From: Candidatus Latescibacterota bacterium
GTDB taxonomy: Bacteria; Latescibacterota; UBA2968; GCA-2709665
Reading direction: 5' to 3'
NCBI GenBank assembly: GCA_965219455.1
Contig: OZ244744.1
Location: 1,536,001-1,600,000, forward strand
DNA length: 64,000 bases
Positions 20,965-29,973 of the stretch are shown here, piece by piece. The notes below the pieces were generated by a model that saw only the letters and a program-made list of their open reading frames with translations, was not told the DNA's origin and did not search any database. Within the stretch, counting starts at the first letter, position 1, and every line of letters starts with the position of its first letter. Made by a program: the position numbers and the translations under genes.

Positions 20965-22241
20965 TCTTTCAGGGCCGTGTATTGCGCTTTAACCGTCCGG
21001 TCGATATCCGCATCGGTATGCGCCAGAGAAACAAACGTCGCTTCAAACTGGGAAGGCGCCAGATACACGCCCTGTTCCAGCATCAGCCGGAAGTAACGTG
21101 CGAAGGCATCCTGGTCGGATGCCACGGCGGCTTCGTATCGTGTAGGAGGACGATCCGTAAAAAACAGGGTCATCATGGAACCGACCCGGTTCAGGCGAAA
21201 CGGCAACCCGAGCGACTTCAGGTTCTCCCGGAAACCGGCTTCCAGCGCGGCGGCTTTGCCCTCGAGCGCCTCATACGCGCCCGGTTCCCGGAGTTGCCTG
21301 AGCGTTTCGTAACCGGCCGTCATCGCAAGGGGATTTCCGGAAAGCGTCCCGGCCTGCGACACTCCTTTTCCAAGTGGCGATATATGCGACATGATCTCCC
21401 GGCTGCCGCCGAATGCACCCACCGGCAACCCTCCGCCGATTATTTTGCCGAGCGTGGTCAGATCGGGTGTGATCCCGTAAAGCGCCTGCGCGCCGCCCGG
21501 ATGAACCCGGAATCCGGTAATTACTTCATCGAAAATCAGCACAATGCCCGACCTGGCGGTGAGTTCGCGCAACCCTTCGAGGAATCCCCCGGCCGGCGGA
21601 ATCACGCCCATATTGCCAGCCACAGGCTCCACGATGATCGCCGCGATTTCGTCCGTGTTCTCCGCTACAATTCGCTGTACCGCCTCCAGATCGTTGTAGG
21701 GCGCGGTGACGGTTCCCTCGGCCGTGCCGGCGGTCACGCCGGGGCTGCTGGGCACCCCCATGGTGAGCGCGGACGACCCCGCCCGGATCAGGAAACTGTC
21801 CGCGTGCCCGTGCCAGCACCCCTCGAACTTGATCACCTTCTCGCGGCCGGTATATCCCCTCGCCAGGCGCACGGCGGACATTGTGGCCTCCGTGCCCGAG
21901 TTCACCATCCGCACCATTTCCACACCGGGCACGAGGTCGGTGACCAGCCTGGCCATTTTGACTTCGATTTCCGTGGGCGCCCCGAAACTGGTTCCCTGCT
22001 CGCAGATCCGCTTGAGCGCCTCAACCACGCGTGGAGGCGCATGACCCAGAATCAACGGACCCCACGAGCAGACGTAGTCGATATACTCCCGTCCGTCCGC
22101 GTCGTACACCTTCGAGCCGCGTCCTCGCGTTATGAAAAGCGGCTGGCCGCCCACCGGGCCGAACGCCCGCGCCGGGCTGTTCACCCCGCCCGGAATCACC
22201 CGTTGCGCCGCTTCGAATAACTCTCCCGAACGGTTGTTCAC
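20952..22241 (-). CDS. hemL: Glutamate-1-semialdehyde 2,1-aminomutase
   Basis: [47 protein letters not shown]. Confidence 0.97.
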   Translation of the reverse strand: MNNRSGELFEAAQRVIPGGVNSPARAFGPVGGQPLFITRGRGSKVYDADGREYIDYVCSWGPLILGHAPPRVVEALKRICEQGTSFGAPTEIEVKMARLVTDLVPGVEMVRMVNSGTEATMSAVRLARGYTGREKVIKFEGCWHGHADSFLIRAGSSALTMGVPSSPGVTAGTAEGTVTAPYNDLEAVQRIVAENTDEIAAIIVEPVAGNMGVIPPAGGFLEGLRELTARSGIVLIFDEVITGFRVHPGGAQALYGITPDLTTLGKIIGGGLPVGAFGGSREIMSHISPLGKGVSQAGTLSGNPLAMTAGYETLRQLREPGAYEALEGKAAALEAGFRENLKSLGLPFRLNRVGSMMTLFFTDRPPTRYEAAVASDQDAFARYFRLMLEQGVYLAPSQFEATFVSLAHTDADIDRTVKAQYTALKECAA

Positions 22242-22302
22242 AAAACACCCCCCGATGCAACGGCCGTTGTGTGATTTAACGACAGTCGATGCCAGCCCTT
22301 AA

Positions 22303-22461
22303 CAGCCCGTTGAAACAGTCCATCCGGGCTGCGTCCGGCCCTTGTGGTCGAATTACTGCGTTGCACTCCCTCCCCGAATCTCCGATTCGACGCGGTCGCG
22401 CGCCTTGTCTTCGGCCACAATGACTCGGCCTCGCCTGCAGAGCGACTTTTTCAACGGACTG
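22303..22461. mobile_element. 159-bp MITE (family A), copy 2
   Basis: TIRs CAGCCCGTTGAAACAGTC / GACTTTTTCAACGGACTG; perfect TTAA duplication on both sides. Confidence 0.9.
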
Positions 22462-22508
22462 TTAATTATTGGATTTTGTCATTCATTGTCAAGTGGCGAT
22501 TATTGGGC

Positions 22509-22536
22509 TTGCAACGGCGCCGACGAAACGTATATT
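22509..22536 (+). promoter_or_regulatory. Probable promoter of the tRNA gene
   Basis: TTGCAA-16 bp-TATATT ending 14 bp before the tRNA 5' end. Confidence 0.55.
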
Positions 22537-22550
22537 TGTCCAACGCCTTC

Positions 22551-22793
22551 GCGGCAGTAGCTCAGAAGCTGTTTTAAAATTCCCGGTGAGTTCCCGAGCG
22601 CGAGCGAAAAGGTGTCGGTCAAGGCGGGCGAATTCGCCCCTATCTCAAAGATAAGGGTGGATTTGACCAACGCAGACCGAGGGGTTTGCAGCCGCGCGAA
22701 GACCGCCGGGGGTTTTAAGACAGCTTCTCAATAGGATAGAGCATCTGGCTTCGGACCAGACGATTGGGGGTTCGAGTCCTCTCTGCCGCACCA
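22551..22793 (+). tRNA. tRNA-Arg(UCG), interrupted by a MITE after position 14
   Basis: Joining 22551-22564 to 22731-22793 gives a 77-nt cloverleaf: acceptor GCGGCAG/CTGCCGC, D-arm GCTC/GAGC with A20, anticodon arm TCTGG-CTTCGGA-CCAGA, TTCGAGT T-loop, encoded CCA. Confidence 0.9.
22565..22727. mobile_element. 163-bp MITE (family B) inside tRNA-Arg
   Basis: TIRs GAAGCTGTTTTAAAATTCC / GGGGTTTTAAGACAGCTTC; TCA duplicated at 22562-64 and 22728-30; internal nested inverted repeats. Confidence 0.9.
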
Positions 22794-22841
22794 TCCAAAA
22801 CCCCGGTCACCTGATCGCGGTTTTGCCTCCCCGATCTTTAC

Positions 22842-25613
22842 ATGCCGCTTACCCACGACGCCATCCGAATCCGGGGCGCCCGCCAGCATAACCTGCGGAG
22901 CCTCGATCTCGACATTCCCAAAAACCGGTTTGTGGTCATCACGGGGCCATCCGGCTCCGGGAAATCCTCGCTTGCGTTCGACACCATCTACGCTGAAGGA
23001 CAGCGCAGGTACGTGGAGGCGATGTCCGCACACGCGCGCCGTTTCCTGGAGGTGATGGAGAGACCCGACGTGGACGGCATCGACGGCCTCTCTCCCGCCG
23101 TGGCGATTCAACAGCGCCGGGCCTCGGGAAATTCCAGGTCGACGGTTGGAACCCTCACGGAGATCCACGACCATCTCAGGATCCTGTTTGCCCGGGCCGG
23201 TCTGCCGCATTGCCCGGAATGCGACAAACCCATTTCGTGCCAGACCGTTGGCGAAATCGTTGACACCGTGCGCGCCCAGCCCGACGGTACGCGGCTCAGG
23301 ATCCTGGCGCCACGGGTCCGGAACCGGAAAGTTGCGTTCGACGAGGAACTGGAACGTCTGCGGCGCGACGGGTACGTGCGCGTGCGAATTGACGGGCGCG
23401 ACCGTTCGCTGGACGAAGAGATTCGCCTGGATCCCACTCTGCCGCACACCGTCGACGCCGTTGTGGACCGGCTGGTCGTCCGTCCGAAAATTGAACGCCG
23501 GCTGGCCGACTCGCTGGAAACCGCGTTAGCCCTCAGCGGCGGCGGCGTTTTTGTGGATATCCTCGAAGGACCGGAGTTGAGCTTTTCCACGCAATTCATC
23601 TGCAGAAACTGCGACGTCGGCTTTGAAGAATTGACGCCGCGTCTGTTCTCGTTCAACAGCCCGTACGGCGCCTGTCCGGCCTGTAACGGAGTGGGCGTGA
23701 GGACCGAAATCGATCCTGACCGGGTCGTTCCGGACACAAACCGATCCATTGCCGAGGGCGCGATCGCACCCTGGGGCGTCCCCAGAGGCCGTGCGGCGCT
23801 CGATCTGCTCCAGCGTCTCGCGAACCGATATCGTTTCGATCTCGCCGCACCATTCGGTTCCCTTTCACCCAGAGTGAGGGAGGCCATTCTGTGGGGCGAC
23901 AAATCCCTCCAATTCGACGGCGTGATCCCGCTCCTCAACAGGCGGGTTGCGGATACCGCGTCGGACGAAGGCGGATCCAGGCTGGACTCGTACGTCCGCA
24001 CGGTCGACTGCTCCGACTGCGCCGGCGCCAGGTTGCGAAAGGAGGCCCTGGCGGTCAGAATCGCCGGCAGGAACATCGCGCAGTTTGCTGCGATGAATAT
24101 CCACGTGGCCTGCGATTTCGTCGATAGCCTGAAGGGAAGGCTGGACCCTCCGGAGGTCGTTGCGCCGATTCTTCATGAAATACGCAACCGGCTTGCCTTC
24201 CTGAGGGACGTGGGCGTGGGGTATCTCACCCTGGAACGAAACGTGGCATCGCTCTCCGGCGGCGAGACGCAGCGTATCCGCATGGCCACGCAGATCGGCG
24301 CGCGCCTGTCGGGGGTACTCTACGTCCTGGACGAACCCAGTGTCGGTTTGCACCCCCGAGACAACCGTAAACTCATCCATACGCTTCACACGCTCCGCGA
24401 CCTTGGTAATACCGTTCTGGTCGTGGAGCATGATCGGGAAACCATGCTGGCCGCGGACCATCTGATCGACCTCGGACCGGGAGCGGGCGAGCAGGGCGGC
24501 GAACTTATGGCCCAGGGCACCGCTCAGGAAATTATCGCGGCCGGGGAAAGCCTCACGGGCGCGTACCTCTCCGGCCGGAAGACCATCCCCCCGCCTCCCG
24601 ACAGACGGCAACCCACCGGCCGAATGGTATTGAAGGGCGCGCGAGGGCACAATCTCAAGTCCATTGACGTCGCCCTCCCACTGGGCATTTTTGTCTGCGT
24701 CACCGGTGTGTCCGGATCCGGCAAGAGCACACTGATCAACCGGACACTGTATCCGGCCCTGGCGAACAGGCTGCACAACGCCACCGCCGCACCGCTTGAA
24801 CACGACGGTATCGATGGCCTGTCACAAATCGACAAAATCATTCGAATCGATCAGGCGCCGATCGGGCGGACTCCCAGATCTAACCCGGCCACATACACAG
24901 ACCTCTTTACGGATATCCGCGAACTCTACGCGCAGCTGCCCGAATCCAGGGTTCGGGGCTATACAGCCGGGCGATTCAGCTTCAACCTGAAGGGCGGGCG
25001 TTGCGAGCCCTGCCAGGGCGACGGCCTGCGTCGGATCGAAATGCACTTCCTTCCGGATGTCTACGTGACCTGCGATGCCTGCGGCGGAAGCCGGTACAAC
25101 AGGGAGACCCTGGAAATCCGTTACAAGGGCTGTTCCATCGCCGACGTCCTGAACATGACGACGGAGAGGGCGCTCACCTTCTTCAGAGATATTCCGAGCG
25201 CACAGCGTAAACTGAAAACGCTTGCGGAGGTCGGCCTGGGTTATATCCGGCTGGGCCAATCCGCAACCGTCCTCTCCGGAGGCGAAGCGCAACGCATCAA
25301 ACTGGCCTCTGAACTTTCCCGTGTGGCAACCGGAAAAACCATGTATATTCTGGACGAACCGACAACCGGGCTGCACTTCGAGGACATCCGGTCGCTCATT
25401 TCCGTTCTGGACCGGCTGGTGGATAAGGGCAACTCCGTCGTTGTGATCGAACACAACCTGGATGTGGTCAAGCGGGCGGACTGGATTGTTGATCTCGGTC
25501 CCGGCGGTGGCGATTCCGGCGGCCGGGTCGTCGCCGAGGGGCCCCCGGAACGCGTTGCCGCGGCGCCGGCTTCCCACACAGGCCGCTTTCTCAAAGAGGT
25601 GATCGCACTATGA
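22842..25613 (+). CDS. uvrA: Excinuclease ABC subunit A
   Basis: GARQHNL, two Walker A motifs (GSGKSS, GSGKST), LSGGE twice, LDEP twice, Zn fingers, FSFNSPYGAC. Confidence 0.98.
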   Translation: MPLTHDAIRIRGARQHNLRSLDLDIPKNRFVVITGPSGSGKSSLAFDTIYAEGQRRYVEAMSAHARRFLEVMERPDVDGIDGLSPAVAIQQRRASGNSRSTVGTLTEIHDHLRILFARAGLPHCPECDKPISCQTVGEIVDTVRAQPDGTRLRILAPRVRNRKVAFDEELERLRRDGYVRVRIDGRDRSLDEEIRLDPTLPHTVDAVVDRLVVRPKIERRLADSLETALALSGGGVFVDILEGPELSFSTQFICRNCDVGFEELTPRLFSFNSPYGACPACNGVGVRTEIDPDRVVPDTNRSIAEGAIAPWGVPRGRAALDLLQRLANRYRFDLAAPFGSLSPRVREAILWGDKSLQFDGVIPLLNRRVADTASDEGGSRLDSYVRTVDCSDCAGARLRKEALAVRIAGRNIAQFAAMNIHVACDFVDSLKGRLDPPEVVAPILHEIRNRLAFLRDVGVGYLTLERNVASLSGGETQRIRMATQIGARLSGVLYVLDEPSVGLHPRDNRKLIHTLHTLRDLGNTVLVVEHDRETMLAADHLIDLGPGAGEQGGELMAQGTAQEIIAAGESLTGAYLSGRKTIPPPPDRRQPTGRMVLKGARGHNLKSIDVALPLGIFVCVTGVSGSGKSTLINRTLYPALANRLHNATAAPLEHDGIDGLSQIDKIIRIDQAPIGRTPRSNPATYTDLFTDIRELYAQLPESRVRGYTAGRFSFNLKGGRCEPCQGDGLRRIEMHFLPDVYVTCDACGGSRYNRETLEIRYKGCSIADVLNMTTERALTFFRDIPSAQRKLKTLAEVGLGYIRLGQSATVLSGGEAQRIKLASELSRVATGKTMYILDEPTTGLHFEDIRSLISVLDRLVDKGNSVVVIEHNLDVVKRADWIVDLGPGGGDSGGRVVAEGPPERVAAAPASHTGRFLKEVIAL

Positions 25614-26251
25614 TCCGCATCGACTTCGGCACCCTGTACGAATTTGAACGGGAAGACAACAATCGCCGGCGGGAAAACCGGAAAAAAATCCAGGACTTCC
25701 TCAGCCTGTGTGAAACCCACCAGGCCACCATCGTCGAACAGCGGGATTGGAATACGCGAGACCTCATCCACTTCCTGGGTATCTCGCCGGACCTGGTCTT
25801 CACCATTACGATATCGGAAAAATACCTGGGCGTACAAACCAGCCAGATTCGCGAGAAATTCCAGACATTCAAAGCCGATTACGTTTCCGTACCCGACAGG
25901 CACGCGGTGTCCGTCGAACAGCCTCCTGCGGACAAACTGGGCCTGCACGACGTGGTGAACTGCTCGGGGTGCGGGAAGACCACGCCCTACGACGGCTACT
26001 TTCAGCACTGTGTGCGCTGCGGCGAAAAGCTGGACACACTGGTGAAAACCTGCAAAACCTGTAACAACGGCGTCCTGTACCATCCCTCGTACGCCTGCTG
26101 CCCCATCTGCGGGAACGAACTGCAACCGGATTACGACAGCCCCCCACTGAACGAACTGGATCCCCACGGCCTGATCTGGGGCATCTCGAACAAAGAAGAA
26201 ACCGCCGAAGAAGGCGAAGACCTTTTCGGCGGCGGCGGCCCGCTTGGATAA
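25610..26251 (+). CDS. Hypothetical protein with tandem CxxC zinc ribbons (double-zinc-ribbon-like)
   Basis: CSGC, CVRC, CKTC, CPIC; ATGA overlap with uvrA stop. Confidence 0.75.
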   Translation: MIRIDFGTLYEFEREDNNRRRENRKKIQDFLSLCETHQATIVEQRDWNTRDLIHFLGISPDLVFTITISEKYLGVQTSQIREKFQTFKADYVSVPDRHAVSVEQPPADKLGLHDVVNCSGCGKTTPYDGYFQHCVRCGEKLDTLVKTCKTCNNGVLYHPSYACCPICGNELQPDYDSPPLNELDPHGLIWGISNKEETAEEGEDLFGGGGPLG

Positions 26252-26624
26252 GGAAAAACGGACCCCAATAATCCACCGAGAGCTTGCAAACGTCGAGGGC
26301 TTCAGAGAACCGTACAGTATGGGTTTTCACCAACTACAGGAGAAATCACGGCTGTAAATTGGCGATCGCGATTAATAGCCATCTGCCTAACGAGCTCTAC
26401 GAGGCATGCTTAACCCACGAACATAGCAACAGCATAACTACGCCCTGTACATATACGCATTGAGACAGGGCGTTCTGAGATCAAAAAGCGAATTCTGACG
26501 CTACCAATACAAAAACCGCTGTCCGCAACACATTTCTTCAGATTACAGTCGAAATAATACAATTCATGTTAATGATTCAGGATAGAACGCAATGGCCGGA
26601 AGTCGAATAGCCCCTTAGGAGCAC

Positions 26625-29549
26625 ATGATGGCACGACGACGCACCCGCCAATCCAAACGCCCTATTGAGTCCTATGACCACCAGGACAAAGAGCGGCTGA
26701 ACAACCCGCCTGTCGGCCTGGTCACGCCCGAGACCGATCGGGACGCGGGACGGAAGACCTACGCCTTTGACCCTCACCTGGACCCGCAGCTGCAGTGGGC
26801 AGGGAAGGCGGAGCACACCTCCTTCGACGTATCCACAGTATCGCTACACGTCCATGAGCGCATTGACCCCCGCACCATTATCGAGGCCGCCCGCAAGCGC
26901 AACGAAAATGGCGCCCCGGTGCAGGGCAGCCTGTTCGAGCTGCCGGAGGAGAACCCGCCGGTCCGCAGCGCAATCGAGTTCTACAAGCACCGCCACAACT
27001 GGACCAACCGCCTGGTAGCGGGCGACAGCCTGCTGGTAATGAACAGCCTTCTGGAGAAGGAGGGCATGGCGGGCAAGGTGCAGATGGTCTACATCGACCC
27101 GCCCTACGGCATCCGGTACGGCTCCAACTTCCAGCCCTTCGTCAACCGGCGCAACGTGAGGGATGGCCGGGATGAAGACCTGACCCAGGAGCCGGAGACC
27201 ATCAAGGCCTTCCGAGACACCTGGGAACTGGGCGTTCATTCCTACCTTTCTTATCTACGGGATCGTTTGTTGCTAGCTAGGGAACTGCTGACCGAGAGCG
27301 GTTCCTGCTTCGTGCAGATTTCTGATGAGAATGTGCATCGAGTGCGTCAGATTATGGATGAGGTGTTTGGGGAAAAGAACTCCGTTGCGTCAATACGGTT
27401 TAGACGTGGGGGGTTTCAAACTTCTGCCCATCTTCCAGAAACCCACGATTTTATACTCTGGTATGCACGCGACGAAGATCGGTTGAAGTTCAGGCGACAA
27501 TTCCTTCAATCGGACCGCCGAGAGGCATTCCCGGGTCAGACTCTATTTGCGGAAAACGAAGAAGGCCAATATGAACGAATCGATCGATCTGCTATTGGAG
27601 ATCATATCCATCGGGTCTTCCGACATCGTGCTGCATATAGCGCCACAGGGTCTGATGCGTCCAGATTCCCCTTTAAGTTTAACGGCAGAGAGTTTTTGCC
27701 ATCAGGACAGCGAGGTTGGTCAACAAACAAAAAAGGTATGAAGAGGGCTGAAAGAGCGAACCGGCTCATCGTCATAGGAAATACTCTGGAAAGAAAAATG
27801 TACTTTGAAGATTCTCCTTTCCGAACTCTTTCTACAAATTGGGATGACACGATAACAAGTGGATTCGGCGAAGACAAAACGTATGTAGTGCAGACCCAGA
27901 CACTGGTAATACAGCGATGCATCCTGATGACCACTGACCCGGGTGAATTGGTGTTCGACCCGACCTGCGGCTCCGGCACAACCGCATACGTCGCCGAGCA
28001 GTGGGGACGCCGCTGGATTACATGCGACACCTCCCGGGTAGCCACTTCCTTGGCCAAGCAACGGCTTATGACCGCCCTTTTCGACTACTACGAGTTAGCT
28101 CATCCCAACGAAGGCGTGGGCAGTGGGTTCAACTACAAGACTGTTCCACACATCACTCTTGGTTCGATCTCCAACAACTCAGAGATTGACAGCATTTGGG
28201 AGCACCACCAGCAGGCGATAGAACCGCTTCGAGAGAAGCTAAACGCTGCTCTGGGCGAGAGTTGGGAAGAATGGCAGATTCCTCGCAACGCGGACAATAG
28301 ATGGCCGGAGGAAGGGCGTAAGGCGCATGCGGCCTGTTGGGAAGGGCGCAACGCACGGCAAAAGGAGATTGATGCATCCATGGCTTGCCACGCCGGACAT
28401 GAGACACTGTACGACCAGCCGCTGGTGGACACGAGCAAGAAGCGGGTCGCCGGCCCCTTCAGCGTCGAGGCCGTGCCGGCCCCAGCGGTGACACCCATCG
28501 ACGACGTGTACGAGGCCGAGCCTCTGCCCGCCGATGACACGGTGGCCCGCTCCGGCGAAACGGTGCGCCAAGCAGAGTGGCGGGACGAGTTATTGAGGAC
28601 GGGAATCCGGGGCAAGGCGAGGCAATTCATCCGCTTTGCTCGTTTGGAACCCTTGCCAGGCTTTCGCTACCTCCACGCGGACGGCCAGAGCTTGCCCAAC
28701 AAGGACGGCGCTGACACGGTACGTGAAGGTCCGGCGCAAGCAGCCCAGCGTATTGTCGTGTCTTTCGGACCCGATCACGCGCCATTGGAGCAACGGCAGG
28801 TGAACCATGCCCTCCAGGAAGCCGAAACGCTTAGGCCGAGCCCCAGGGTCATCGTCTTCGCCGCCTTCCAATTCGACCCCGAAGCGGCCAAGGATATCGA
28901 CGAGACCAACTGGCCGGGCATCGCCCTGCTGAAGGCGCAGATGAACGCCGACCTGCTGACCGGGGATCTGAAACGCAAACGGGCCAGCAACGAGAGTTTC
29001 TGGCTCATCGGGCAGCCTGACGTGTTGGTACATCAAATAAGCAAGGGTCAGAACACTGGTATGTGGCAAGTAGCGGTTCAGGGATTCGACTACTACAATA
29101 CTAAGACCGGTGACGTGGAATCAGGCGGAGAAGATAAAATCGCGATGTGGATGCTCGACTCGGACTACGACGGCCGTAGCTTGTACCCACGACAGGTGTT
29201 CTTCCCTATGGCCGGGACCAGAGACGGATGGACTCGCCTGGCCCGCAACCTCAGGGCCGAGATAGACGAGGAGTTGATCGAAGCCTATCGTGGCGCGGTC
29301 TCCCTGCCCTTCGATTCTGGCGAGCACGGTCGTATTGCAGTGAAGATCGTGGACGATCGGGGTATCGAAAGCCTGAAGGTAGTGACTCTGGAGCCAGACC
29401 GAAGCATCGTTCCTACGCAAGGCAAACTCAGCATCGAAGAGATAATCGCTGAACGTTCCAAAAAAGTTCCTAAAGAGGAGTGGGACCGATTGCCCTCAGA
29501 CCTGATCGACAACTTGGACCATTACCTCTATGGGACCGACAAGCGATGA
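26625..29549 (+). CDS. mod: Type III R-M adenine methyltransferase (Mod) with fused C-terminal antitoxin-like peptide
   Basis: AGGAG RBS; GDSL, YIDPPYG (motif IV) before DPTCGSGTT (motif I), i.e. beta-class; family-type end VKIVDDRGIESLKV followed by 51 extra residues. Confidence 0.9.
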   Translation: MMARRRTRQSKRPIESYDHQDKERLNNPPVGLVTPETDRDAGRKTYAFDPHLDPQLQWAGKAEHTSFDVSTVSLHVHERIDPRTIIEAARKRNENGAPVQGSLFELPEENPPVRSAIEFYKHRHNWTNRLVAGDSLLVMNSLLEKEGMAGKVQMVYIDPPYGIRYGSNFQPFVNRRNVRDGRDEDLTQEPETIKAFRDTWELGVHSYLSYLRDRLLLARELLTESGSCFVQISDENVHRVRQIMDEVFGEKNSVASIRFRRGGFQTSAHLPETHDFILWYARDEDRLKFRRQFLQSDRREAFPGQTLFAENEEGQYERIDRSAIGDHIHRVFRHRAAYSATGSDASRFPFKFNGREFLPSGQRGWSTNKKGMKRAERANRLIVIGNTLERKMYFEDSPFRTLSTNWDDTITSGFGEDKTYVVQTQTLVIQRCILMTTDPGELVFDPTCGSGTTAYVAEQWGRRWITCDTSRVATSLAKQRLMTALFDYYELAHPNEGVGSGFNYKTVPHITLGSISNNSEIDSIWEHHQQAIEPLREKLNAALGESWEEWQIPRNADNRWPEEGRKAHAACWEGRNARQKEIDASMACHAGHETLYDQPLVDTSKKRVAGPFSVEAVPAPAVTPIDDVYEAEPLPADDTVARSGETVRQAEWRDELLRTGIRGKARQFIRFARLEPLPGFRYLHADGQSLPNKDGADTVREGPAQAAQRIVVSFGPDHAPLEQRQVNHALQEAETLRPSPRVIVFAAFQFDPEAAKDIDETNWPGIALLKAQMNADLLTGDLKRKRASNESFWLIGQPDVLVHQISKGQNTGMWQVAVQGFDYYNTKTGDVESGGEDKIAMWMLDSDYDGRSLYPRQVFFPMAGTRDGWTRLARNLRAEIDEELIEAYRGAVSLPFDSGEHGRIAVKIVDDRGIESLKVVTLEPDRSIVPTQGKLSIEEIIAERSKKVPKEEWDRLPSDLIDNLDHYLYGTDKR

Positions 29550-29965
29550 CTACGGTATTCGCTGATGCTTCATATTGGATAGCTATTTTTCGAGAGAATG
29601 ACCAATGGCACAACGCGGCAGTTACAGCGCGTCGACGACTGGGCACAACATCGCTCGTAACCACCGATGAGGTGTTGACGGAGTTTCTTTCTGCGATGTC
29701 CGGGTCCCAAGATGTGATACGGAGAGAGGCTGCAGCGGTAGTACGTGACATCTTGGATAATCAGGGCGTTCGGGTTGTTCCCCAGACCCACGAGTCTTTC
29801 CTTGACGGTCTTGATCGGTATGAGAGACGGCGGGATAAGCATTACAGCCTTCAGGACTGCATTTCCATGAATGTTATGGAAGCGCAGGGAATCACCGACG
29901 TTCTGACCAGCGACCACCACTTCGAGCAAGAGGGCTTCGCGATCCTGATGAAGTCGATCTCGTAG
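29546..29965 (+). CDS. PIN-domain (VapC-like) toxin
   Basis: VFADASYWIA, EVLTEF, SLQDCISM, TSDHHFEQEGF carry the PIN acidic residues; ATGA overlap with mod stop. Confidence 0.9.
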   Translation: MTTVFADASYWIAIFRENDQWHNAAVTARRRLGTTSLVTTDEVLTEFLSAMSGSQDVIRREAAAVVRDILDNQGVRVVPQTHESFLDGLDRYERRRDKHYSLQDCISMNVMEAQGITDVLTSDHHFEQEGFAILMKSIS

Positions 29966-29973
29966 GGCCGAAC

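Noticed and set aside
22565-22730. Group I or archaeal-type intron in the tRNA
   Set aside because: TIRs, a 3-bp duplication and a second end copy at 46396 indicate a DNA MITE, and it is not in the anticodon loop.
22731-22793. tRNA 3' fragment as the att site of an integrated island
   Set aside because: The 5' part lies 166 bp upstream, and no integrase or second 3' copy is present.
26625-29549. Phase-variable mod (phasevarion)
   Set aside because: No simple-sequence repeat tract seen in the gene or its leader.
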